Of a stretch of 64,000 bases of DNA, positions 10,034-20,717 are shown piece by piece. The first letter of the stretch is position 1; each line of letters opens with the position of its first letter. A program made the translations under genes and the position numbers. Under the pieces are notes generated by a model, which was not told the origin of the DNA, did no database searches, and saw nothing but the letters and a program-made list of their open reading frames with translations. Source of the DNA: Nitrospirales bacterium (lineage in GTDB: Bacteria; Nitrospirota; Nitrospiria; Nitrospirales; UBA8639); contig OY820905.2 in the NCBI GenBank assembly GCA_963555755.3, positions 1,344,001-1,408,000 of the forward strand, given 5' to 3'.

Positions 10034-10606
10034 TTAAGTCCGTTGTTCGCCTTTTTCGATCTTTTCGAGTAATTCCAGACGAGATTGACATTCAATGCAA
10101 TAGCGGGCAAACGGCATGGCTTTCAAACGCTTTTCGCTAATCTCAGCATCGCATTCCCCACACAGCCCGTAGGTACCTTCATCGAGACTCGACAGGGCTT
10201 CCTCGATCAATTGACGTTCACGATTCCGCATTTCTTGAAGGGAAATGCCCATTTCCCGTTCCAGATCAAACAGAGCCTGATCCCCACTATCCATGGCCGA
10301 TTCCAACCGACGCTGTTGGTCATCCGTCAACGACTGTCCTAATTTTTCCTTTATTTGTTTCATCACGGCTTCTCGCTTTGCCAGCAAATTTTTCCGCAAG
10401 GATTTCCTGCGAGAAGCAGCCATCGGTTGACGCTTTGGAAAAACAGCCGTGTCTTTTGAAGCCTGAGGTTTCGAAGGTTCGGGTTTCAACCGGGTTGTCC
10501 GCTTCGCCGTCGTCGTGGAAGCCTTGGTCACGGCAGATTTCGCACCTACGGCTTTAGTCGATCGGCTTGTCGCCCTCGCGGTCTTTTTGGTGGAACTCCC
10601 TTTCAT
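10034..10606 (-). CDS. dksA: DksA/TraR C4 zinc-finger protein
   Basis: YGLCGECDAEISEKRLKAMPFARYCIECQ, coiled coil with DSGD, Lys/Thr-rich N-terminal tail. Confidence 0.85.
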   Translation of the reverse strand: MKGSSTKKTARATSRSTKAVGAKSAVTKASTTTAKRTTRLKPEPSKPQASKDTAVFPKRQPMAASRRKSLRKNLLAKREAVMKQIKEKLGQSLTDDQQRRLESAMDSGDQALFDLEREMGISLQEMRNRERQLIEEALSSLDEGTYGLCGECDAEISEKRLKAMPFARYCIECQSRLELLEKIEKGEQRT

Positions 10607-10720
10607 AACCTATTCTCCTTTTCGGGAACTCTTGAGCCGCAATACCAATGAGGATCTCCCCATTTCCCTCTGAAAATATCCCCAACCCCTAGGTGAAGTC
10701 GCGGATCATACAATATCTAA

Positions 10721-11517
10721 GGACCTGAGAGCAAATAACTCGGACAATTTCGCGCCAAGATTTGGGGTAGATTTGGACGGAACGATTGAGAAAAACCCGA
10801 GGCATAGCACAGCTATGTTGAGGGTGTTTCGATTGAGGCCCGTTCAACCTAGAAACAGCAGTTGGGCGCAAAAAAGCCGTGTAAGATATTGGGGTGCATG
10901 GTGAAATACAAAAAGTCGTGGTCACCTCGGTGGTGATAAGACATTTTTGTATTTTGCCAGGTGCGCTAAGGGTCCGTCACGAAATAACCGGGACAATTGG
11001 GAGGCCCAGATTTGTGATCGAGGCAAGGCGCGACGAGGGAGCAGAGCGGGGCTCTGTGACCGAGGAGCAACGCCGCCCCGGGCCAAAGATGGGCCTCCCC
11101 GGAGGGCCGGACGCTTTTGGGCTCCGCCGGCGTCGCTCATCGCTTCCATACTCCCGGTATGCGCGCTCTTCGCTCCTTGGCTCGCTCCAAAATCGTCTCG
11201 GCCAATTGTCCCGGTTATTTCGTGACGGACCCTAAGGACCTGCGAGAGAATAACTTGATCACTATCGCGCCAAGATTTGGGTCGGATTTGGACGGAACGA
11301 TTGAGAAAAACTCGAGGCATAGCACAGCTATGGTGAGGGTTTTTCGATTGAGGCCCGTTCAAAGATGGCCCGAAGATTGGATGCGAGATTGATCAAGTTA
11401 TTCTCTCGCAGGTCCTAAGAGCTTGCGCGGACTTTTGTGATCCAACTGCTGTTTCTAGGTTCCAAGATGGCCCAAAGATTGGATGCGAAATTGTTCGAGT
11501 TATTTGCTCTCAGGTCC
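10721..11517. repeat. Nested MITE cluster: family B containing C (10848-11459), which contains D (10970-11232) and a second B (11236-11415)
   Basis: TIRs GGACCTG(A/C)GAG, CCTAGAAACAGCAGTTGG and GGGTCCGTCACGAAATAACC; TAA and TTCAA duplications; comparison with simpler copies at 18913 and 52547. Confidence 0.9.
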
Positions 11518-12032
11518 TAAGGATAGGACAGCAAGGAATGGATCGAACATCCTTCCAGCTTGTCTCGTCCCCCCAAGGCTAACAACTCCACGAGAAACGC
11601 ACAGCCCACAATGTCAGCCCCTAATTGACTCAGAAGATGCACGGTCGCGGCAGCGGTGCCACCGGTGGCTAACAAATCATCAACGACCAGCACGCGTTCT
11701 CCAATCTGGACAGCATCGCGATGGATAGCTAAAGAATTCGATCCATACTCAAGATTGTATTTCACTTCGAACACATCGGCTGGCAACTTCCCGGGCTTGC
11801 GCACCAGAACAAAACCCGCATCGAGATTACACGCCAGAGGACCACCGAAAATAAAACCTCGTGATTCAATGGCGACCACCTTACTGATCCGCTCATTTTT
11901 GTAGTGATCGGTGAAATCCTGAATGACCTGTTGAAACCCTTTCGAATCTTTGAGAAGCGTGGTGATGTCATAAAACAAGATCCCCGGCTTTGGAAAATCC
12001 GGGATCTCCCGGATCAAACTTTTATAATCCAT
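11517..12032 (-). CDS. apt: Adenine phosphoribosyltransferase
   Basis: IPDFPKPGILFYDIT, ESRGF, RKPGKLP, VDDLLATGGT. Confidence 0.96.
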   Translation of the reverse strand: MDYKSLIREIPDFPKPGILFYDITTLLKDSKGFQQVIQDFTDHYKNERISKVVAIESRGFIFGGPLACNLDAGFVLVRKPGKLPADVFEVKYNLEYGSNSLAIHRDAVQIGERVLVVDDLLATGGTAAATVHLLSQLGADIVGCAFLVELLALGGRDKLEGCSIHSLLSYP

Positions 12033-12366
12033 TGGACCATCCTTTCCGATATCAAGCGAGACGAACTGAAATCGTCTTCGCCGGATACCGCAATAAAAAA
12101 ACATGTCTTTGCGTAATCGTGTGGATGCATTTTTTGGCCCTTCCTTCCCGCCCATTGGGAAATGGAGCTTGAGGGGATTACTTCATCAGCCACCTCCGCT
12201 AATCAAACGCAGACAAGGAGGCTGTAGGATGGAAGTATCGTAAAATCCCCCCTACCCCCTTTTCCAAAGGGGGAGTTACACGAAAAGGTCTCACCAATGT
12301 ATGTCTGTGAAGGACAGCCATAGGATTTTTCGGCAATACGACAAACCCAGATTCACGAAGACTCTA

Positions 12367-12704
12367 GGAGCCTGTCCGAGATTAGCGATCGTTGCGAGGA
12401 TGTGCGGGTTTGAGTCAGATGTTTCGATCCTTTGAGGCACATAGTGGGACTATTCAACGAAAAGGGGGAATGTTCAAACAGGGTGTCCAGCAAGGCCTAA
12501 ATCGTAATGGGTGACGCGTAATGTGTGATGAGTAAGGAAGCAAGAAGGTAAAAGTCAAAACGACTCTTTTGCTTCACGTATCACGCTTCACGTCTACAGA
12601 GAACGCAGCTGGCGGCCTTTTTCAACATTCCCCGAAAAGGATCGGAAGATCTGGCCACACCCAGCACATCCGTAATAGATTCGTCCTAATCTGGGACAGG
12701 CTCC
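12367..12704. repeat. MITE family F containing a family E variant (12465-12633)
   Basis: TIR GGAGCCTGTCC; inner GGGGAATGTT..AACATTCCCC flanked by GAAAAG; sister copy at 16419. Confidence 0.85.
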
Positions 12705-12709
12705 AAGAT

Positions 12710-13000
12710 TCAATACTTGATCTCAAAGCGGCTTTCGTGACTTCCTGGTTCCATCCAATCGATGGCAACATGTTCAACACTCGACCACGTTGGGCCACGA
12801 TTGAGATCTCGCAGATAGGTATCTACGGCTTCCCGGTCCCCTTGGACTTCCGATTCAACACGACCATCCACCACATTCCGCACCCACCCAGTCAGCCCAT
12901 GGTGTTCGGCCTGCCGACACACAAATGCCCGATACCCAACCCCCTGAACGACACCACTGACGAACACATGCGCTCGAACAATTTCGTGTGAATCCGTCAT
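12710..13000 (-). CDS. acyP: Acylphosphatase
   Basis: VSGVVQGVGYR and GWVRN motifs. Confidence 0.93.
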   Translation of the reverse strand: MTDSHEIVRAHVFVSGVVQGVGYRAFVCRQAEHHGLTGWVRNVVDGRVESEVQGDREAVDTYLRDLNRGPTWSSVEHVAIDWMEPGSHESRFEIKY

Positions 13001-13040
13001 GGAATCGCCAACGGCATCCGATCACATGAGGGGCACATTT

Positions 13041-14489
13041 CTACGACGCCTTCTTCCATAACCACGTGCTGAGGACTTTGGCCGTCTCGCCTCCATCACG
13101 AATGCAGTCAGGAATACCGAGACCTTCATATGCCGCACCGGTCACATACAGCCCCTCATGGGCAGTGAGACGTTGCCGGATGGCCTTCACTCGATCGCGA
13201 TGCCCGATGACGTATTGCGGCATCGCCTGCGCCCATCGAAACACATGCGCGGAGAGCGGTGTAGCCTCAATTCCCACCATATCTTGTAATTCGTCCAAGA
13301 TCAATGCCACCAGTCGGTCATCATCCAGGTCTAGAATTGCTTCCCGCCCCCGTCCACCGATGTAACAGCGAATCAGGCTTTCGTCGGGATTCGCTCGCCC
13401 CGCCCACTTTAATGAAGACCACGTCGCCGCGATCAACTTTCGATTTTCCACGCGTGGCACGACAAACCCAAACCCGTTCAGATGCGACTGCACATGTGTT
13501 TTAGGAAATGCAATCGAAACAGTAGCGGTGGAGGCATAAGATATTTGCGCCAGGAGACCGGCAATCTCAGGTTGAAATGCCTCAAGCAGTCGAGATGAGA
13601 CAAAGGCTGGAGTGGCAAGCACAACGCCGTCTGCCTCGAGCAAGTCCCCATCAGCTACCTGAATCTTCCACCTGCCAATCCCCTCAGAACCCTCAACACG
13701 ATTCACATGTTCGACCGTGATGCCGGATGATAAGGTCACACCTTCATTTCTTAACACCTCCAGTAAGCGAGCCACAAGATCACCCAAGCCACCTTGTAGA
13801 GTCACAAATAACGAACGCGGCGAGGAACTTTTTGTAGAGGAAGCCTGCCTGGCTTTTTGTTGAGCCAACGCGCCTTTGATCAATCCGCCATGCCTCACTT
13901 CCAAATCGACAAATTGCGGAAAGGTGGCGGAGACACTTAACTCCGAAGCATCGCCAGCATAAATTCCAGCCACCAAGGGTTCAATCAGGCGATCAAAGGC
14001 TTCCTGTCCAAATCGACGACTAAAAAAACTCGCCAACGATTCCTCTGGCCCCCCGGCTTGGCGCGCCGGGATAAACCAATCCCCTGCCATTCGCACAATC
14101 CCTGCCCAAGACACCAGACCACTTTTAAACAACGGCCCCATCTTGGTGGGCACCATGGAAACCAACCCTTGAGGAAATTCTCGAAGCCGTCCGCGAGAAT
14201 AGGCAAAGGTTTTACTCTGGCCTTGATTCGTGTTAATGAGTTGCGAACTCAAACCCAATTTTTCACACAACCCCAACGCCCAGGGTTTCGTCGATAAAAA
14301 GGAATCCGGGCCGCCTTCGACAATCAAGCCCTCGACTCGAGTCGTGGAAATTTTCCCGCCCCAGTTCGGTTGAGCCTCAAGCACCGTACATTGGATTGGC
14401 TCACCGAGAGCCTTAGCCTCTTCCACAAGCGCAAACGCCGTCGAAAGTCCGGCAATCCCCCCACCCACAATCACCACTCGTTTCGGCAT
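13041..14489 (-). CDS. hemG: Protoporphyrinogen/coproporphyrinogen oxidase, HemY type (start may lie slightly upstream)
   Basis: GGGIAGL FAD motif, EGGPDSF, GIYAGD, GFGFVVP, GIPDCI. Confidence 0.93.
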   Translation of the reverse strand: MPKRVVIVGGGIAGLSTAFALVEEAKALGEPIQCTVLEAQPNWGGKISTTRVEGLIVEGGPDSFLSTKPWALGLCEKLGLSSQLINTNQGQSKTFAYSRGRLREFPQGLVSMVPTKMGPLFKSGLVSWAGIVRMAGDWFIPARQAGGPEESLASFFSRRFGQEAFDRLIEPLVAGIYAGDASELSVSATFPQFVDLEVRHGGLIKGALAQQKARQASSTKSSSPRSLFVTLQGGLGDLVARLLEVLRNEGVTLSSGITVEHVNRVEGSEGIGRWKIQVADGDLLEADGVVLATPAFVSSRLLEAFQPEIAGLLAQISYASTATVSIAFPKTHVQSHLNGFGFVVPRVENRKLIAATWSSLKWAGRANPDESLIRCYIGGRGREAILDLDDDRLVALILDELQDMVGIEATPLSAHVFRWAQAMPQYVIGHRDRVKAIRQRLTAHEGLYVTGAAYEGLGIPDCIRDGGETAKVLSTWLWKKAS

Positions 14490-14670
14490 TGAAGCAGATG
14501 GCGGCATATTTGAGGGAAACCTTTGCAAGAATTTGAAGGGGGAATGTGTTTGCGCCCTTGAAACAAAACGCGTATCAATTGGTGGTTAACCCATGTGGAT
14601 CAGTTAAAAAATTCAAATATTTTTAAAAATGGCTCACACTTCCCACTGGTCTCTTCTAGCAGAAGGCAAG

Positions 14671-14790
14671 GGGGCTGTTCAAAAAGGCCGTCCAGCAAGG
14701 CCGCAGGGCATTTGGCGCGCGGAGCGTACGTCAGTACGTGAGCACGACAAAGGACCGAGAACGCCGCTGGCGGACTTTTTCAACAGCCCC
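14671..14790. repeat. MITE family E copy; contains the hemE stop codon
   Basis: TIR GGGGCTGTT(C/G)AAAAAG; homologous to 16518-16640 and 58260-58379. Confidence 0.85.
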
Positions 14791-15823
14791 CCCCATATTT
14801 GTGGACGGAGGCAATGGCCGCATCCACATGTTCGACCGGCGTTTGAGGGAGAATGCCATGCCCAAGATTGAAAATATGGCCTGGCCGTTGACCAGCCCGA
14901 TCAAGAATATCTTTGACTCTCCTGTCAATTTCCTCAACCGGTGCATACAGGACCACCGGATCGAGATTTCCTTGGACCGCCACATCATACCCGAGTCGTG
15001 CCCACGCCTCATCCAGTTCAACGTGCCAGTCGAGCCCCACCACGTCACTCCCCGCTTGTTTCATCAGGGGGAGAAGCGTCGAAGTTCCGGTCCCGAAATA
15101 AATAATGGGTACGCCCTCCGGTCGCAATCGATCAATAATGCGTGTGACATGGGGCAGCGCGTATTCTTCATAGTCGCCCGGAGCGAGACAGCCGATCCAA
15201 CTATCAAACAATTGAATGGCTTGCGCCCCCGCACGAATTTGAACCAGCAGATAGTTCGTCACCACGTCAGCAAACTTCTCCAACAGCGCATGCCACTGTT
15301 TGGGTTGCGAAAACATGAATCGCTTTGTCGTAACGTATGAGCGGGAACTGCCTCCTTCAATCGCGTAACTCGCAAGAGTAAATGGACCACCCGCAAACCC
15401 AATCAGCGGCACTCGGCCCCCTAATTGTTGAAGCGTCAATGTGATGGCTTGATGGGAAAATCCAAAGGCTTCGCCATCAACGACCTGTAACCGAGCCACG
15501 TCTTCCGGGCTTCGCACGGGATTGGCAATGACCGGTCCTTTGTCCTCCACAAAAGACAAATTCAAGCCCATAGGTTCAAGGGGCAATAAAATATCCGCAA
15601 AGATAATCGCGGCATCCAGGGAAAATCGTTCTATGGGCTGAAGGGTGACTTCGGCGGCTAATTCCGGAGTCTTACACACTTCCAAAATACTGTGCTTTTT
15701 GCGAATGGCTAGATATTCAGCCATATACCGTCCGGCCTGTCGCATAAACCAGACTGGCGTTCGGTCAACAGGCTGTCTTCTGCAGGCACGAAGGAAACGA
15801 TCATTGGTTAACGTGGGCAGCAT
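14780..15823 (-). CDS. hemE: Uroporphyrinogen decarboxylase
   Basis: PVWFMRQAGRY, QGNLDP, HIFNLGHG. Confidence 0.97.
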   Translation of the reverse strand: MLPTLTNDRFLRACRRQPVDRTPVWFMRQAGRYMAEYLAIRKKHSILEVCKTPELAAEVTLQPIERFSLDAAIIFADILLPLEPMGLNLSFVEDKGPVIANPVRSPEDVARLQVVDGEAFGFSHQAITLTLQQLGGRVPLIGFAGGPFTLASYAIEGGSSRSYVTTKRFMFSQPKQWHALLEKFADVVTNYLLVQIRAGAQAIQLFDSWIGCLAPGDYEEYALPHVTRIIDRLRPEGVPIIYFGTGTSTLLPLMKQAGSDVVGLDWHVELDEAWARLGYDVAVQGNLDPVVLYAPVEEIDRRVKDILDRAGQRPGHIFNLGHGILPQTPVEHVDAAIASVHKYGGGC

Positions 15824-15876
15824 GGTCAGAAATGTCCTCTTTTATGTCACAAAAAAAGTTGCATGTTTCCGACTGG

Positions 15877-16380
15877 CTAAAACCATTCTTGCTCAGCGGC
15901 TTTCGGTTCCGTTTTGGGAGCGTCAAGCTGAGAGGCAAATTGCTCTCGAAGGGCTTGACTGATTTCATCAAATTCTTGAGCCTTTTCATGATCTACGATC
16001 CACGCATCGCCCTCGGCTAATTCGATGCGATAATGGTCTTGAGCTAACGAAAACCATTCGAGATAGGGATGCGGATCTAAGAGTGGGTGAGGATCAAAAG
16101 AAATCAGGCTGACGGTCCCGAGTTGAGGAATCGCAAAATCGCCTAACCGATGGGCAGCCACGGCATCATCGGAAAATTGGGAATTGTGAAGCGATATCAC
16201 CCGCCCAACGATATCCGGCTTAAAGTCTCCCTTTAAACACACATCAACCGAACCAATAGCCGCAAAGGTCAGGCGGCCAACGACCAGACCAGAGGTCCGG
16301 TTGTCTAAATACCCTTCCTTGAACCATCGTGATCCACCAAACTTTTCAGCCACGAGCCGATCCCCTCGTGAAGAAGACAA
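15877..16380 (-). CDS. Hypothetical protein (start uncertain, possibly GTG 16353)
   Basis: Protein-like ORF co-oriented with hemE. Confidence 0.7.
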   Translation of the reverse strand: MSSSRGDRLVAEKFGGSRWFKEGYLDNRTSGLVVGRLTFAAIGSVDVCLKGDFKPDIVGRVISLHNSQFSDDAVAAHRLGDFAIPQLGTVSLISFDPHPLLDPHPYLEWFSLAQDHYRIELAEGDAWIVDHEKAQEFDEISQALREQFASQLDAPKTEPKAAEQEWF

Positions 16381-16418
16381 TCCCTGGCTTCGGCATGTCC
16401 TCTTTCATCATGATGCTA

Positions 16419-16710
16419 GGAACCTGTCCGAGATTTGCGATCGTCACGAGGGGATGCTGGTTTGAGTCAGATGTTTCCATCGTTTGAGGCGAATAGTGGT
16501 GCCTATTTAACGAAAACGGGGAATGTTCAAAAAGGCTGTCCAGCAAGGCCGCAGGGCTTTTGGCGCGCGGAGCGTACACGGAGTACGTGAGCACGCCAAA
16601 AGCCCGAGAACGCGGCTGGCGGCCTTTTTCAACATTCCCCGAAAAGGATCGGAAGATCTGGCCAAATCCAGTGTACCCGCAGTAGATTCGTCTAATCTTG
16701 GACGGGCTCC
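16419..16710. repeat. MITE family F containing family E (16518-16640)
   Basis: Same ends as 12367-12704; TA on both flanks. Confidence 0.85.
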
Positions 16711-16756
16711 TAGGGTGATGGGAGAACCAACCCAGGGCCAGAACGTGACGTGTGTG

Positions 16757-16987
16757 TCAGGGCTTACACATAGGACATTTGATCAGTCGAGTTGCACCGG
16801 TCTGTTCAAGGGCATCTAAGGCCGTGTCTTTATCAGGATACTCATTCCAGACTTCGTCCCAAAAATCTGGATTTCCCGGGCGGGCGGGAACTTGTAGGCA
16901 CCGGTCTCGATGAAGTATTGCCTGGTCAAGGGAGTGCCGAATATTAATCCATAGAACCATAACCGTTTTACCGCTCCTTCCGGACAC
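16757..16987 (-). CDS. Small hypothetical protein with C-terminal CxxC
   Basis: Short ORF ending KCPMCKP; start uncertain. Confidence 0.55.
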   Translation of the reverse strand: MSGRSGKTVMVLWINIRHSLDQAILHRDRCLQVPARPGNPDFWDEVWNEYPDKDTALDALEQTGATRLIKCPMCKP

Positions 16988-17008
16988 ATAATCAATGGGC
17001 CAACATTA

Positions 17009-17149
17009 GGGCACCTCTAAAAACCGTCCTTTTCCGTGATGGCGGCGTCAGCCGCGTGCTCACACCCTCATGTATTCGCCCATACACTCCGGTTTTCCGC
17101 GCGCGGCTTCCTTGCCCTCACAAAAAATGCCTGGTTTGTAGAGGTGCCC
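17009..17149. repeat. MITE family A, copy 2
   Basis: Near-identical to 9894-10033; ATTA on both flanks. Confidence 0.9.
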
Positions 17150-17150
17150 A

Positions 17151-17330
17151 TTAATCTTCCAGCAGCTGCCACTCATCCTTCTCAATTTTGATCTTCTGGC
17201 CAGTTTGGATCTTTTTTACGTCTTCTCGATCAAATAATTTCATGTACCGTTCGATGCGAGTCTCGTCATCAATGCGTTCTTCTTGTTCCATTCCATTCGC
17301 CAACTTATACCGCCGAATCAGGATCGACAT
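17151..17330 (-). CDS. Small hypothetical protein (59 aa)
   Basis: GGAGG-like SD and ATG at 17330; charged, protein-like composition. Confidence 0.7.
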   Translation of the reverse strand: MSILIRRYKLANGMEQEERIDDETRIERYMKLFDREDVKKIQTGQKIKIEKDEWQLLED

Positions 17331-17529
17331 ACACTTCCTCCACCAGGTTAGAGATTTGTCAAAAACCGACAACCTTATAAGTCTAAAGAAGCCGCCTTTT
17401 GGCCGTCAAGGTGAGGGCAGACCCCACCACCCCATGACCATTTTTGGTTAAAATGTTGGCAAGCAGTAAATCCATTCGGCTATAATAGGGTGAAAATCAT
17501 GCCCATACCACAAAGGAGTGAAATTCGTC

Positions 17530-17841
17530 ATGCCAGTGTATGAATATCAATGCCAATCCTGTGAACACAAATTCGAACTCATGCAATCAGTCAATACCAG
17601 GCCGGAAGACACCAGCTGCCCTCGCTGCAATGAGACCAAGGCCAATCGGCTGATGTCGTCCTTCGCATCTCAGATCAAGGGCGAACACAAGACAGGCTTT
17701 AGAGAAATGAAGGCCTATGATATGTACAACGATCGCATGGATCGATTTAGTAAGCTTCCCCCGCTCATGGGCGGAGCCCGGGCCATGCCTAGTGAATCAT
17801 CTATGGGCCCTCCGTCTGATTCCGGACCTGGAGAAAGTTAA
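17530..17841 (+). CDS. FmdB-family zinc ribbon protein
   Basis: MPVYEYQCQSC..CPRC. Confidence 0.88.
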   Translation: MPVYEYQCQSCEHKFELMQSVNTRPEDTSCPRCNETKANRLMSSFASQIKGEHKTGFREMKAYDMYNDRMDRFSKLPPLMGGARAMPSESSMGPPSDSGPGES

Positions 17842-17910
17842 GGCGCTCATTCAACCCTCACGCCAATATCCGATCTACCTCTTGAACCCAGTACATGAGA
17901 CGGGAATTGA

Positions 17911-18912
17911 TTGACAAAGGGCAACGTGGCCCATTTTCCTTCAGGAAAAATTTTGTACAATAACTTTATGAGCCCCCCTATCTTTCAACAACAGACGTCA
18001 AAAAGAAACCTGCCCAGGATCCTCTTCGCACTGTTGGTCATACCCTGCACGCTTCTCTTGGGAGCCTCATTCGCGCTCGCCGCTGAAGCCAGTTCTGGCA
18101 CGCAAGCTGCCCATTCTCAAGAACAGGAACTCACGGGCAAATGTTTGATCATAGGAAATGGACCGGAACGGTACGCCATCGAAGCCCTGGCAAAAAACTT
18201 TGAAGAGCTTCATCCAAAAACCTCCCTCGATTTCTTTTGGCATCAAAACGCCAGGCCCGTCGAGGAAGTAAAACTTGGAGACGCGGACATTGCCATCACC
18301 GGAACAGTGGAAGAAGATCTTCCTTCGACCATCGTCGCGTGGGACGGGATCGCAGTTGTCACGAACTTTGCCAATCCCATCGAAGAGATTACGACTGAGC
18401 AACTCAAGGAAATTTTTGAAGGAACACTGAAATACTGGTCGCAAGTCTATGAAGAAGGCCCGGAGACACGGATTCGAATTATTCAACGGACCTGGAATCA
18501 AAATATTCGTCAAAGCTTCGAGCAACACCTCCATATTGAAAACCACAAGACACTGCCTGCCAAGATTGTAGAAAAAGAGGAACACACCTTCAAAGCCCTG
18601 AATGGCAATATCTATTCAATCTCCTATGTCTCCATGGGTCCTGCCCTCAAAGCGCGAAAAGATGGCTATGGCGTCACGCTGCTCTTTATCGATGGCATTG
18701 AGCCCGAATACCAGACCGTCCTCGATGCTACCTACCCTCTTCGACGCCCCGTTGTTTTTGTCATGGGGAACACACCCAATCCCGTGGCCAGGGCCTTTCT
18801 GAAATATGTGCTCTCCCCTGCCGGTCAACGCGCCATCAAAACCGGCGCCAGTGGCCTTTTTCATGACCGAACCAATTCTGTGGTAAAATATTACCCCCTT
18901 AAGGGGCAATAA
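17911..18912 (+). CDS. PstS-like substrate-binding protein (start uncertain)
   Basis: Signal peptide; VAWDGIAVV, YPLRRP, FLKYVLSPAGQ. Confidence 0.8.
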   Translation: MTKGNVAHFPSGKILYNNFMSPPIFQQQTSKRNLPRILFALLVIPCTLLLGASFALAAEASSGTQAAHSQEQELTGKCLIIGNGPERYAIEALAKNFEELHPKTSLDFFWHQNARPVEEVKLGDADIAITGTVEEDLPSTIVAWDGIAVVTNFANPIEEITTEQLKEIFEGTLKYWSQVYEEGPETRIRIIQRTWNQNIRQSFEQHLHIENHKTLPAKIVEKEEHTFKALNGNIYSISYVSMGPALKARKDGYGVTLLFIDGIEPEYQTVLDATYPLRRPVVFVMGNTPNPVARAFLKYVLSPAGQRAIKTGASGLFHDRTNSVVKYYPLKGQ

Positions 18913-19091
18913 GGGCCTGTGAAAAAATAACCTGGACAACATCGTGCCCAGATTTTGGTCAGATTTGGACGTAACGATTGAGAACAAACCGAGGCATAGC
19001 ATGCCTCTGTTGAGGTGTTTTCGATTGAGGCGCGTTCAAAGATGGCCCGAAGATGGGATGCGAGGTGGCCAGGTTATTTTTTCACAGGCCC
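18913..19091. repeat. MITE family B, simple copy
   Basis: TIR GGGCCTGTGAAAAAATAACCTGG; TAA duplicated, and the left TAA is the upstream stop codon. Confidence 0.9.
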
Positions 19092-19255
19092 TAAGATCCT
19101 CAACCCACCTCTCTTCCCTCTTGACATCTGCCCAACCCGCCATGCTACATACGCCAGCAATCCACAGATTTAGCTCCCTCCTTACCCCTGGAACAACCTT
19201 CCACGTGAGCCTATACGAGGGCGCTGATATTTACTGATCACCTGTAGGATCGATC

Positions 19256-20671
19256 ATGTTTAAGAAAATCCTGGTGGCCAATCGCGGTGAAATTGCCATG
19301 CGAGTCATCCGCGCATGCCGCGAGCTCAATATTGCGACCGTCGCCATCTACGCAGAATGCGATGCCACCGCCATTTTCGTCAAAAAGGCCAATGAGGCCT
19401 ATCTGGTCGGTCCCGGCCCCGTGCAAGGGTTTTTAGATGCCAAACAGATTGTCAACCTCGCCAAACGAGTAGGCGCCGATGCCATTCATCCGGGATATGG
19501 ATTCCTCTCGGAAAATGCGGAATTTGCTCAGCTCTGCCAAGAAGCCAGCATCACGTTTATTGGCCCCTCGCCACATTCCCTTGCACTCTTGGGGGATAAA
19601 GTCAAAGCCCGGGAACTCGCCAAACAAGTCGGCGTTCCCGTGGTCCCTGGAACCGATGGCCCGGTTGAGTATGAAGAGGGACTCAAGTTTTGCCAGTCCA
19701 GCGGCTATCCCGTCATGGTCAAAGCTAGCGCCGGGGGCGGTGGTCGAGGACTCCGCGTCGTCCGTTCAGACGATGAATTACAAGAAGCCATGGAGTCAGG
19801 TGCTCGCGAGGCACATGCCGCCTTTGGCAACGCCGAGCTGTTCATTGAAAAATATGTGGAACGCCCACACCATATCGAGTTTCAATTGCTGGCGGATAAG
19901 TACGGATACGTCGTCCATTTGGGAGAACGCGATTGCTCAATCCAGCGCCGCCATCAAAAAATCATCGAGATTGCGCCCTCCTTAATCCTGACCCCACGGC
20001 TTCGAGCCCAAATGGGTGAAGCGGCCATTTCACTTGTTCGCGCGGCGGAATTCTATAACGCCGGCACCATCGAATTCCTGTTGGATCAGGATGGCCGATA
20101 CTACTTTCTTGAAATGAACCCGCGCATCCAAGTCGAACACACAGTCACGGAACAAATCACCACCGTCGATATCGTACAATCCCAAATATGGATCGCCGCG
20201 GGTCGTCCACTCGTCTTTAGCCAACATGAAATCAGCTTGCAAGGCTACGCCATTCAATGTCGAATCAATGCCGAAGATCCCCAAAATGGATTTCGCCCCT
20301 CATCCGGAAAAATCACGGCCTATTTGTCGCCGGGAGGAGTGGGTGTGCGTATTGACGGCGTGGTCTATAAGGACTATACCGTTCCGCCCTACTACGATGC
20401 GCTCTTAACCAAAATGACGGTCCAGGGACGAACCTGGGATGAAACGGTCCGACGCACCCATCGATCCTTGGAAGAATTTGTGTTGCGCGGTGTCAAAACC
20501 ACGATTCCATTTATGATGCGCATTATGGAAGAACCAGATTTTCGGGCTGGACGCTTTGATACCTCCTATTTGGAAACGCACCCGGAAGTATTCGAGTACG
20601 AACATACCCTGGAACCCGAAGATATGGTCGTCGCGATGTCAGCCGCGATCGCGGCCTATGAGGGACTATAA
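19256..20671 (+). CDS. Biotin carboxylase subunit (pyruvate or 2-oxoglutarate carboxylase subunit A)
   Basis: ANRGEIA, HPGYGFLSEN, GGGGRG, RDCSIQRRHQK, EMNPRIQVEH. Confidence 0.92.
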   Translation: MFKKILVANRGEIAMRVIRACRELNIATVAIYAECDATAIFVKKANEAYLVGPGPVQGFLDAKQIVNLAKRVGADAIHPGYGFLSENAEFAQLCQEASITFIGPSPHSLALLGDKVKARELAKQVGVPVVPGTDGPVEYEEGLKFCQSSGYPVMVKASAGGGGRGLRVVRSDDELQEAMESGAREAHAAFGNAELFIEKYVERPHHIEFQLLADKYGYVVHLGERDCSIQRRHQKIIEIAPSLILTPRLRAQMGEAAISLVRAAEFYNAGTIEFLLDQDGRYYFLEMNPRIQVEHTVTEQITTVDIVQSQIWIAAGRPLVFSQHEISLQGYAIQCRINAEDPQNGFRPSSGKITAYLSPGGVGVRIDGVVYKDYTVPPYYDALLTKMTVQGRTWDETVRRTHRSLEEFVLRGVKTTIPFMMRIMEEPDFRAGRFDTSYLETHPEVFEYEHTLEPEDMVVAMSAAIAAYEGL

Positions 20672-20717
20672 GGCCCCCTCAACAACTCCAATACTCTTTC
20701 AAACCCAAAGGTACTTT

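Noticed and set aside
10689..11392. Several overlapping ORFs
   Set aside because: They lie entirely in nested MITEs; similar spurious frames recur at 18944 and 52363-52904.
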